Below are positions 51,786 to 61,480 of a stretch of DNA of 64,000 nt, one piece after another. The notes beneath the pieces were generated by a model. The model saw only the letters and a program-made list of their open reading frames with translations. It did no database searches and was not told the DNA's origin. The stretch's first letter is position 1, and each line of letters opens with the position of its first letter. Source of the stretch: Tricharina praecox (taxonomy: Eukaryota). Location: the NCBI RefSeq assembly GCF_024521635.1, contig NW_026250407.1, positions 1,240,001-1,304,000 of the forward strand, given 5' to 3'. The position numbers and the translations under genes were made by a program.

Positions 51786-52554
51786 TCATAAACGTTCGTC
51801 ATAGACGTACGATCTCGGTCTCGGGCTCCTGGAGCTCCTGGAGTGATGTCCATGGCTCCTCCTGGCACGGCGGGGGCGCTCGGGGTAGCCCGCCGGATCG
51901 GTGTAGACCTTCTCAACGACGGGGGCATCCTCGATGACGACGGTGCGGTTCTTTTCCATCTCCTGTTCGTTCTGCTTGCAGACGACGACGGCCAGGATGG
52001 CGGTGATGAAGAACATGATGATGTTTGCGATGGCGAGGCCCCACGCCGCCTTGATCAGATTGCAGTTGTTGGGGTTGTCCGAGAAGTCCGTCCTGTTGTC
52101 GGTTGCGGTGCCCGTCGGGACTGCGGTTATGCGCTGCCCATCGGACGTGATGAACACCGTCTGCGTCGTGCTCTGCCCGACCGCGTTGCATTCGTAGTTG
52201 GCGATGTTGGAGGTCGTCGCTACGCCCGCGATCAGCGCGCCCATCGCCACGATGTCCCAGAAGGCGATCCACAGGGCGGTGTTGCCCGCGCGGAGGACGG
52301 CGATCAGGATGCAGAAGCTCCAGACGGAGGCGAGGAGCGTCACGATGAAGAGCGTCAGGACTCCGCCGGGGGTGTCGATGTTGTTGCCGTTGTACCTGCG
52401 AGTCTGTCAGCGTTGAGAACGTAGGCCAATGGGACGCTGCGGTCGTGACTTGCCAGCTGACCACTGCGGCCATCAGGGCCCATGCTGGAATCAGCGTCAG
52501 GATCTGGAGGACTCGGAAGACAGTGTGGGCCTGGCCGGCGCCTTCGTTTGCCAT
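51786..52554 (-). CDS. MARVEL-like four-TM membrane protein
   Basis: FRVLQILT..., four hydrophobic helices, CNLIKAAWGLAIANIIMFFITA. Requires the GC-AG intron 52396-52453. Confidence 0.85.
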
Positions 52555-53784
52555 GTTGTCTGTAGTAATCGACGTTTCAGAACTCGAGATGTCTGGCGAT
52601 GGAGCGAGCGAGCGAGCGAGCGGATGGATGTCGATTTCGTTATTTGAAAGAGCTGGGTGATATGTAGCACACGGCTGACGCTGCTAACCAAGCAAGTACG
52701 GTATACGGTAGTGCGTATGTATGAGAACGAAAGCACTTGCTGTTCCTCGCGCCGGGCCTTCTTAAAGCTCTGCCTCGCTCTCGATTCGGCTGCTGTAGGA
52801 CGGCCTGATTTTCGACAGCTGCAGCACTACAATCCGATGACGTCGTTTTGACGATACTCGCAGTATACGGCAGGGAACCCCGGCCCCGGGCGTTTCAATC
52901 TCTACCTGCCGACGATGCGCTGGAAGAATCCTCCGAACCCGACCGATTAATAAATCCCACATGTGTAAACGAAGAAAGAAAGACAAAAAAGACGTGTGCG
53001 GGGTTTCCGGATGTTCTCAGATCCGCCGCTGCGCGAGGAAGGTCGGTTTCGTGGGGACGGAAATAGGAACGGTACATACGTGATCGCACCGCGCAGATCA
53101 CTCGTGCGAAAGCAGGACAGGATATACCTAGGGTACCGGGTGACAACTGGCTCGGCTAGGTATAAAGTATCCTCGTCGTCACATGTTGGCTTTGAATTCA
53201 AGAGGCTGGACAGCGGAGACGCAGCAGAGCCGACGCTGTCGGAATGTCCGATTGGATTACGATGAGTCTGAAATGATGATCGACCTTAACCAGGCCAGGC
53301 GCGAGCACAGTAACCACGGCACTCTATTCCAGTAGAGCCGCCTATGTATAGTACTGTGCTCTGAGTAGTTTATCCACTCTACCGAATCTTCTCTCCGCAT
53401 TACTCCCTTACTGAGCTTTCGTTAACGGCTGACGAGTCCGTACGCACAATCGAGCCGATTGCCAGTACGTCGGAGAATCTTATTTCTGACGTCAAGCTGA
53501 ACTCCTCCGCCGTACCTACTATGTACACACGACACGCTAACAAAAACTGCGGCTGGAACCTTCTGTCGGCCTTCGCCGGGATGGTATGTAGTTATGCCGG
53601 TACTCTATTCACCGTTCACGATGGTGCGACGTCAATCGCGGGAATGCGTGATCCCGCGCCCAACCAACCCCTCCTCGGGATCGGTGCGGTTCTGGGGGCC
53701 GAGGCGTCTTTCTGATGGGCTTAGTCGTCTCGAGACCCGAGACTCGGGTCTGTTCGCACATGCAGTGACCGCAGGTTTATAGCC

Positions 53785-54321
53785 TAGTGTCAAACTTAGT
53801 CACGCGGAGAGGTCGGTACGATTAAGGTTTCGCGCTAATTGGTCGAGTCTCGACGGCCGCGACGGAGTGTCGACGAGCATATGGTTACATACGCAGCGGC
53901 GAACGTTAGGATGCACCTCAGTCTTGTATCTATATGAAGAGATGCCTTACCGCTGATGATAGGTTTTTGGCTGTATTGAATCAATTATCTCTGTTGTTCT
54001 GTCTATATATTTCATCACCCAGCAGATCACTCCAAAGAACAAAAACCTGTGGATGGATTACTAGAAGCATGTAAGCATTCCTTCGTCGTCACAACAAAAT
54101 CACTGCAACGGAGCGGGGGGAACGGGCGGTGCGTGTTTGCAAGGCAGCGCTAGCAGTAATAGTTTGGAGGCTAGGTTGGCGGAAGCCTGGCTTGTGCCGC
54201 GGAGATGGGTGGTACGGCGGGAATGTGCTGCGGCGATGCGTGACTGCCGTTGTCGACTTGACGAGAAAACTTTGCAGGAGAACATGGTCACAAGGATAGC
54301 GTTGGGTGCGCGGTTTGCCAT
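53785..54321 (-). pseudogene. Degenerate segment containing the element 'upstream module', inverted relative to copy B
   Basis: 53785-54020 is homologous to 40576-40715 (same strand) and 60155-60350 (opposite strand). A short ATG-initiated ORF starts at 54321 and stops interrupt the frames downstream. Confidence 0.4.
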
Positions 54322-54379
54322 CTTTTACGAAAGCTGCAGTTTTTTGTTCGCCTTTCGGTCGTCTTGGTTTGCTGGTTCC

Positions 54380-55710
54380 GAGTTCCTCGGCGTGTGCGGG
54401 GATGGGGGGGGTTGCGGGGATGCGGCCTCAGTACCGGCCGCACCGACCGCACCAAGCCACACCCGCCTTTCTTATAAAAGGCTCCTTTTCCCCCCCTTTC
54501 TTATAAAAGGCTCCTTTTCCCCCCCTCTCCGCTCTCTCTCCTCTATCTATCTCTCCTCAACATAGACATCAACATCAACCACTATCAACAATTTCACGCA
54601 ACGGCACTGGCCAGCCCCATCAGCCCCATGAGGGCAGTTGTACGCCGCCGCGGCAGGAAGATACTTACTCGCAACAATCCGGGGTTCTCAACCACAGCCG
54701 GGGCAAATAGTTCCCCCCCTTCGGGGACGTCGGCCACGTAAGTTGCCACTTAACGAGTATCACTGCCGCGGCCTATATAGCTTAGGTGAAGCCGACGCTT
54801 GCTGCCTGTACTAGAGAGATGTTGACCAAGAGTTAGGAATTAGAATGATTACGCCAACTACTCCCTACGTCCTAGGGTTGGCCCAATCCCCGCAGCAAGA
54901 ATCTTCCACTTGCTCTCCATCACCGCCATTAATCTTCCACCGGTGACCTTCCAGTGGTTTTGCCCGATGTCGAGGTGCTTGGAGGGAATGATTTCCCCAT
55001 CCCTTCGGGGAAGTAAGTTGCCACTTAGTATCACTGCCACGGCGTATGTAGCTAACCAACCATCAGGTTCTCGCGGCCACGCAGTGGACCTGGCCAGTTT
55101 GCCTGGCAAGGTCTGCGTTTGCGTCGGGCTCGCGGCTTACGGCCGCTTGCCCTGCCGAAACGATATTTCCCGGCAAATTGCCGGGGTATCGCACCCACAT
55201 CGGGGGGGAACTATTCCCCCCATCCCTTCGCGGATGCGGATGTAAGTTGCCACTTAGTATCACTGCCACGGCGTATGTAGCTAATCAACCATCAGGCTCT
55301 CGCTGCTGATAAGTGGGCCTGCCAGTTTTCCTGGCAAGGTCCACGTCTGCGCCCGGTTCGCAGGCGACTTTGGGCTTCGTGGGCTGGCGGCCGTGGGCTT
55401 TCTTACTTTGTTGGAGCGCTTCAGCGTCTGGTAGAGAGCTGGGTGGATACTGGAGATATGCTAGATTGATGATGAGGAATACAATGGTCTTGAACCGTTG
55501 GGGTGGGGTGCTGTCGTCTGGATAATCTCCATGTTCGGGGTCCGAAGTCGGCGTTTTTTGAAAATAATTACTTGAGTTCTGCGTTTGGTCTTTTAAATCA
55601 GTCTCCAAGTTTGCGGGGTGGCGGTGGTGCCACCCATTCATCGGCCTTCTCGTTCCCGGAGACGCCTTTGTGTGCCGGGTACCATCTGATCTCGATGGTG
55701 ATCGGTCTGT
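54380..55710 (+). mobile_element. Modular gene-fragment-carrying repeat element, copy B
   Basis: Leader with tandemly duplicated TATAAAAGG (54473, 54502), palindrome+intron units (donors 54738, 55013, 55242) and tail module ~55400-55700. Confidence 0.65.
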
Positions 55711-57006
55711 GTAATCGACAGTTCTGGGAGTTGTGGGTCAGCCGCGCGCGTTAATTTCAATGATAATCTCAGGTTCGGCGATGTCTTTTCGTGTCTCGAT
55801 GGCGTACTTCTGGCCGGGGCTTGGGGTGTCGTGGGTCAGTCTTGAAATTGCCACTTGCACCTCTGTGTTGATGGTGACTCGGTCAAGGGTATACCGCCGC
55901 TCGGCCGCACAATTCGCGATCACATCACGTCTTTGGAGTGGCGCCAGTACCTTACCGTGGTGGAGTCTATTCCCCTCAGGTGGCGACCGGCCGCAAAATC
56001 TAGATAGGTAAACTACACTAATGACGAGTATCGGTCAGTGCCGGTGATATTTTTTTAGCAGGCGTACCGCTTGTCGTGGTACCGTCTGCGCACGGCGCCA
56101 TACTTACAGTACTGCGCAGGAAACAGTGGTACAGTACCGCACTGCCCGGTATCAGCGTGCCTCGCCATGACGCCGGTGCGGAGGGTAGAGGGTTAGTCAC
56201 AGACTGGGAAAACCCGCGCCGGAGGAGAGACGCTGTACAGCGTAAGACTGGTCGGTTCGCCACGGCCTGCACATACTCATATCGGTACAGCCAGCGGTAC
56301 CGTTTCCTTCCTGTTCAGTGGGCGGTGGATCTACTATCCATAATGCTCATATCGTAGTCACGAAGGAATCTACCACGTCCTAGGTACATACCAATGATGA
56401 TGGTGGAGAATTGGTCTGCTTCATGTATCACTTGTTCGAGAGTTTCTAACCTATCTCACCTGAAGCAAAAACATTAACAAGTCACCACATAAGCAATTAA
56501 CCCGTGTTTTGCATCTTTCCATACTTCATAAAGTGCCAGAATGTACGCAAGGAGCCTAGATCAGATGAATTGATGTTGTTGGTGTTGCTTGGTACGGACT
56601 GTGTCAGATCACGGCGTCTGGAGGATATGAAGGATCTCTCCTCATGTTCGCTGTAAGGCGCTGGCAATGGTGATTTTTCAAGGAGCACTATTTGAAGGAG
56701 TCAAGGACTCAGCCATGCGAACTTTATCCGGAGGAGGAAATTTGTTCTGGTTTCTGATCTCGCCGGCGTGTCGATCTCCAAATGGCAGACATATTCTGCA
56801 TATTTAGAAGGGTACCGGGCCCGGAAAAGAGGAAGCAAGCAATAAACAGTTACATCTTCCTACATATCCTCCTGTCGAACGTAGTATATTTGACGGACGG
56901 GTATGTGCTACATTACATCTTTTAGGATTTAGGACTGTCGTGCCCTGTCACAGTGCTTTCGAATATGTACCTAAGTAATTCTTCAGCTTGTGCGCGGATG
57001 GGGGCG

Positions 57007-57084
57007 TGCGGGGATGCGGGGATGCGGGGATGCGGGGATGCGGGGATGCGGGGATGCGGGGATGCGGGGATGCGGGGATGCGGG
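57007..57084 (+). repeat. (GCGGGGAT)n tandem expansion, ~10 units, of a leader motif
   Basis: Directly visible. The same 8-mer occurs once or twice at the start of leaders B, C and D. Confidence 0.9.
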
Positions 57085-57212
57085 GAATCTGGGCTCAGCA
57101 CCAGCCGCACCAAGCCGCACCAAGCCACCCCCGCTTTCTTGAAGTGCCGCCTAAAGTTCGCCGCCGACGCGTAACCATATCCTCGTCGATACTCCGCAGC
57201 CGTCCAGATTCG

Positions 57213-57717
57213 AGGTACATACCTCGAGCGTCGAATCCTTCATCCACCACATCAGATTTGCGTGCAGCTTCGCAGTTCGAAACCTCCATGGATTATGGAT
57301 ACCGACCAGTCCCCCTTCCAGCTTGACACTGTGAAGGTACCTACATACTACATAGCCCGCCGATTATTATCTTATCTTCTCACCTCACGATTTGGCCGGC
57401 TATCAAGTAACATACTACCTACATGTAGGCGGGTATATTGTCTTTTTCGCCGTGTGCCTTCACTGGCTCTCACTCGCCACTCTACTCTACACACCCAGGC
57501 CCCTAGTCCAAATCCAGTCCCGTCCATCACTATCACCATCGGCCAACTGCGATCCACCCGGCGGCGTGTGGAGTGAACAGATGAGCAAGTTTATTTCTCC
57601 CCTTTTTGCCGCCGACGTATGGTGAAGATACCTGGATAGAACGGTCATTTATTCCGCATCCCTGACAGACAGCGGAAGAAAAGAAAACGTGCTCAAACGA
57701 GCGCATTGAATTTTGTA
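57213..57717 (+). repeat. 505-bp direct repeat, copy 2
   Basis: Appears identical to 40785-41289. Confidence 0.95.
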
Positions 57718-58030
57718 TTGACACTTTTATCTATCTCCTCACAACTGCGGAAATCTCGCCCTTGGAATAGTTGCTGATGAACAAGTTTTCCTCAGTGTCG
57801 TCACATAGGGTAACTGTTCATCCTCAGCCACTTATCCAATCTCAGATAATAACCTGCAGGAGGGTAGAGGTGAGGGCGGGGGGGCGGGGGGCGGGGGCGG
57901 GGAAGCCCTAAATTTCCGGCCGCGTGACTAGTTCTTCAGCGTGTGCGGGGATGCGGGCTCCGCACCGGCCACACCAACTCGCACCAGCCGCACCGGCGAC
58001 ACAGTCCGCACCAAGCCGCACCCACTTTCT

Positions 58031-58039
58031 TATAAAAGG
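58031..58039 (+). promoter_or_regulatory. TATA box (TATAAAAGG) in the conserved element leader; also at 54473, 54502, 60501 and 40467-40459 on the minus strand
   Basis: Consensus TATA followed by a CT-rich tract and a CA-rich UTR-like stretch ending at a conserved CCCCATG. Confidence 0.6.
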
Positions 58040-58294
58040 CTCCTCTCCTCCCCCTCTCCGCTCTCTCTCCTCTCGCTATCCTCAACACATACATCAACAT
58101 CGACATTAACCACCATCAACAATTTCACCAAACGGCCAGTGGCCAGCATCAGCCCCATGAGGGCAGTTTTACGCAGCCGCGGCCCGTCGACGCTGCCAGT
58201 AACTAGCCGGGGATCGCACCGGCATCGGGGGGAATGATTTCCCCCCTCCCTTCGGGGGACCTTACCACAGTGGGGGGAATTGTTTCCCCCGTGG

Positions 58295-58892
58295 CAGAAA
58301 GATCATCCAGGAAGAATCCGACGACGATGATAACGGAGACGACGATGCCGAAGGGGAGACCGACGATGAGCTGATGGATTCCGATGACGATGGAACCACC
58401 CCCAACTTTTGAGCAGGACTGGTACGCCAGACATGAGCCGCTTGACCAACCGTCAGCTCACCAGAATGGGAGACATCACCGCAGAACTGCTGGAGCTCCC
58501 GAGTACTTTCGGTATGAATCCGGTTTCTGGTTCGACTTTCTCTACTGACTTCTGGACAGAAAAGCCGCGCGCCAATAAGGCGGTGACGCTCTCTGCCCAA
58601 GGGCAGGAGCTCAGGAGGGCTGAAATGGCTCGCCGCCGCAAGAACCTCACCGACCAGAAACTGGAAGAGGAGAAGGTGATAATTCTCTTCTTCTTTCCTC
58701 TCAATATTGACTAACCTTATTCTTGAATAGATGGACACGATCCACCGCCTCCTCAAGAAGCAGACCCCCAAGATGCGTGGCAAGGGCAGGGCCACTAGTG
58801 ATGCTACCCCCGCGGACCAGGCCGACTCACTCATGGGAGATGGCCCGCAGCGCCCGCCGATCATGACCTGCTGGGTCCGCAACAAGAAGTAG
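58295..58892 (+). pseudogene. IES2: Fragment of INO80 subunit Ies2 (acidic region plus PAPA-1 domain) with retained intron
   Basis: DDDAEGETDDELMDSDDD...SRTGTPDMSRLTNRQ...RRAEMARRRKNLTDQKLEEEK|intron 58676-58730|MDTIHRLLKKQTPK...MTCWVRNKK*. Frameshift near 58408, stop at 58890-58892, no N-terminus. Confidence 0.82.
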
Positions 58893-59443
58893 ACGACACC
58901 CGGATTAGAAATTCTACTTCTTGATCGACCGAATCGTTTCGACTTTGCTATCGGGGTGCTTTGGGGGTATGATTTCCCCCAACCCTTCGGGGAGGTAAGT
59001 TGCCACTTCGTATCACTACCGCGGCTTATGTAGCTAACCAACCAGTTCGACCAGATGTTGTCTGAGTGCGTCTCAGCGGCCACTGACCAGCCCCATGAGG
59101 GCCGTTATACGCAGCCGCGGCCCGTCGTCGCTGCCGATAACCAACCGGGGTTCGCGCCGGCATCGGGGCGAATGATTTCCCCCCTCCCTTCGGGGAACGT
59201 ACCACAGTGGGGGGAATAGTTTCCCCCCCTCCCTTCGGGGACGTAAGTTGCCAGTTGGTATCCAACCCACAACAATTGCTTCGAAATCTCTGCCTGTCCC
59301 ATCAATATGCAGCTAATACATTGGGTTCTACACAGACAACGGGACTGGGACTAGGAAGCGTCGGGGAGGAGGCAAGGGAGGTTAAACGAGGATGTGAAGG
59401 AGGGCTTAGTGATAATCATCATGTGCGGGGTCCGAAGTCGGCG

Positions 59444-59572
59444 GAGACTCTAGAGAGTATGGCCACCCTTGCCAAGGCTCTTGCTGCCAAAGACTACAAC
59501 ACCGCGGGTAACATCCAGGTGAATTTGTTGACCAACAAGACCGCCGAGTGCACACAATGGATGACGGGAGTC
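59444..59572 (+). pseudogene. SEC31: Fragment of the COPII subunit Sec31 C-terminal domain
   Basis: ETLESMATLAKALAAKDYNTAGNIQVNLLTNKTAECTQWMTGV resembles the conserved Sec31/SRA1 C-terminus, and it is absent at the homologous site in copies A, B and D. Confidence 0.72.
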
Positions 59573-60109
59573 ATCTTGAAAATAATATCTTGATTTCTGT
59601 GTTTGTTCATTTGAATCAGTCTCCAAGTTAGCGGGGTAGTGATGGTGCCGCTCATTCATCTGCCTTCTCGTTCCCTGGGATGTCTTTGTGTGTTGGGCAC
59701 CATCTGATCTCGACAATGGTGGGTGGAGGACAGTCGAGAGTCGATACCTTCATACCTGCATTGTACGTTTTGTCCGATTAACACCTCACGATCAGGTAAG
59801 TACCTACATACACACCTCCATAATACTTCTCACTTGAGCAAAACTTTTTTTGTTTAATCAGTGATTGCTTGCGACCTATGTAAGTATGTAGATCATGACA
59901 AGATATTTACACACTCCGGTTCCACGTCATTGCCCAACCCGATAGTCATCAAGCGGCCCAATGTGAATTTCACGCCCTCCGGCTCGGCCTGTCCTAGCTA
60001 CGAAGACACTTCTACGTAATCAAGTAAGTAGGTACCCGCTGGTTAATCCCTCCGCATATCGTCTGCGATTCACCACCATGTATGTATCTAAAATAGAACC
60101 CGCCTACCA

Positions 60110-61480
60110 GTCCTGCCCTGCCACAGTGCTCTTGAATATGTACCTACTGTTTGTTGAAATATATGGATAGAACGACAGAGATAATTAATTTGATACAGAA
60201 AAAACCTATTATTAGTGGCGAGGCCTGACTTTACATACGAGACTGAGGTGCCGCCTAAAGTTCGCCGCCGCGTAACCATACTCGGTCTCGACATTCCACT
60301 GCGAAACCATATTCGTGTAGACATCTCTGGCCGACTAAAGTTTGACACTGTTACTTTGCTCTTCAGCGCGTGCGGGGATGGATGCGCACTCAGCACCGGC
60401 CGCAGCAAGTGGCACTGGCCGCAGTAAGTGTCACAGGCCGCACCAAGTCGAACCGGCCGCACCGGCCGCACCACGTCGGAGCCAAGCCGCCCCGCTTTTT
60501 TATAAAAGGCTCCGCCCTCTCCGCTCTCTCCGCTCTCCCCTATCTCTCTCCTCAACACAGACATCATCATCAACATCAACCACCATCAGCAAACCCAGCG
60601 GCCACTGGTCAGCCCCATCAGCCCCATGAGGGTCGTTATACGCAGCCGCGACAGGAAGATACTTCCTCGCAATAATGTGGGGATCTTACCCACAGCTGGG
60701 GAATAATTTCCCCCCTCCCTTCGGGGACGTAAGTTGCCACTTAACTAGTATCACTGCCGCGCGGCTTATATAGCTAGCCAACCATTCCGATCAGCTCCTG
60801 CACAATCCCCACTCCGGAGAAAAATTAGAATGATTACGCCAACTACTCCCTCGTCTCCGGGGAAACGATCCCGAGCTCCGCCTTTCGCTCTTCGCATCTG
60901 CCGTCCGAGGACTCGATGCGTACCGCCTGAGAATTGTTCGACCTCCTGGAGTTGGCCCCATCCCCGCGGCAACAGTGATGTCGTCCGATGTCAGGGTGCT
61001 TGGGGGGAATGATTTCCCCCATCCCTTCGGGGAGGTAAGTTGCCACTTAGTATCACTGCCACGGCGTATGTAGCTAATAAACCATCAGGTTCTCGCAGCT
61101 GAGCAGTGGACCTGCCAGTTTGCCTGGCAAGGTCCGCGTCTGCGCCCGCTTCGCAGGCGACCTTTAGCTTCGTGGGCGGGCGGCCATAGAATATCTTGCT
61201 TTGTTGGAGCGCTTCGGCGTCTGGTAAAAAGCTGGGTGGACACTGGATATTTGCTGGATTGATGATGAGGAATACAATGGTCTTGGACCGTGGGGTGGGG
61301 TACTGTCTTCTGGATAATCTCCATGTTCGGGGTCCGAAGTCGGCGTTTTTTGAAAATAATTACTTGAGTTCTGCTTTTGGTCTTTTAAATCAGTCTCCAA
61401 GTTTGCGGGGTGGCGGTGGTGCCACCCATTCATCGGCCTTCTCATTCCCGGAGACGCCTTTGTGTGCCGGGCATCATCCG
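60110..61480 (+). mobile_element. Modular gene-fragment-carrying repeat element, copy D
   Basis: Upstream module 60110-60360, TATA at 60501, donors at 60729 and 61035, and tail module 61190-61480 closely matching 55400-55690. Confidence 0.65.

Larger units (their letters stand above)
57928..59715 (+). mobile_element. Modular gene-fragment-carrying repeat element, copy C (57928-59381 is the right arm of the inverted repeat)
   Basis: TATA at 58031, palindrome units, IES2 fragment, donors at 58995 and 59243, and a tail module interrupted by a SEC31 fragment. Confidence 0.7.

Noticed and set aside
54982..55066. Self-cleaving ribozyme or snoRNA in the repeat unit
   Set aside because: No hammerhead core (CUGANGA/GAAA), HDV-like pseudoknot or C/D box pair could be assembled.
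55740..56700. Protein-like broken minus-strand frames downstream of copy B (similar ones at 61480-61900 and, on the plus strand, 62099-62500)
   Set aside because: They may be further gene fragments, but no family is recognisable without a search.
40785..57717. LTR retrotransposon bounded by the 505-bp direct repeats
   Set aside because: No TG...CA termini, TSD, or gag/pol between them; the interior holds ordinary intron-containing genes.
39114..59381. Starship or autonomous DNA transposon
   Set aside because: No tyrosine-recombinase captain, DDE transposase or Rep/helicase ORF was recognised in the window.
37950..61480. Calling the repeat/spacer arrays a CRISPR locus
   Set aside because: The context is eukaryotic, no cas genes are present, and the repeats are degenerate with highly irregular spacing. 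The resemblance is architectural only.
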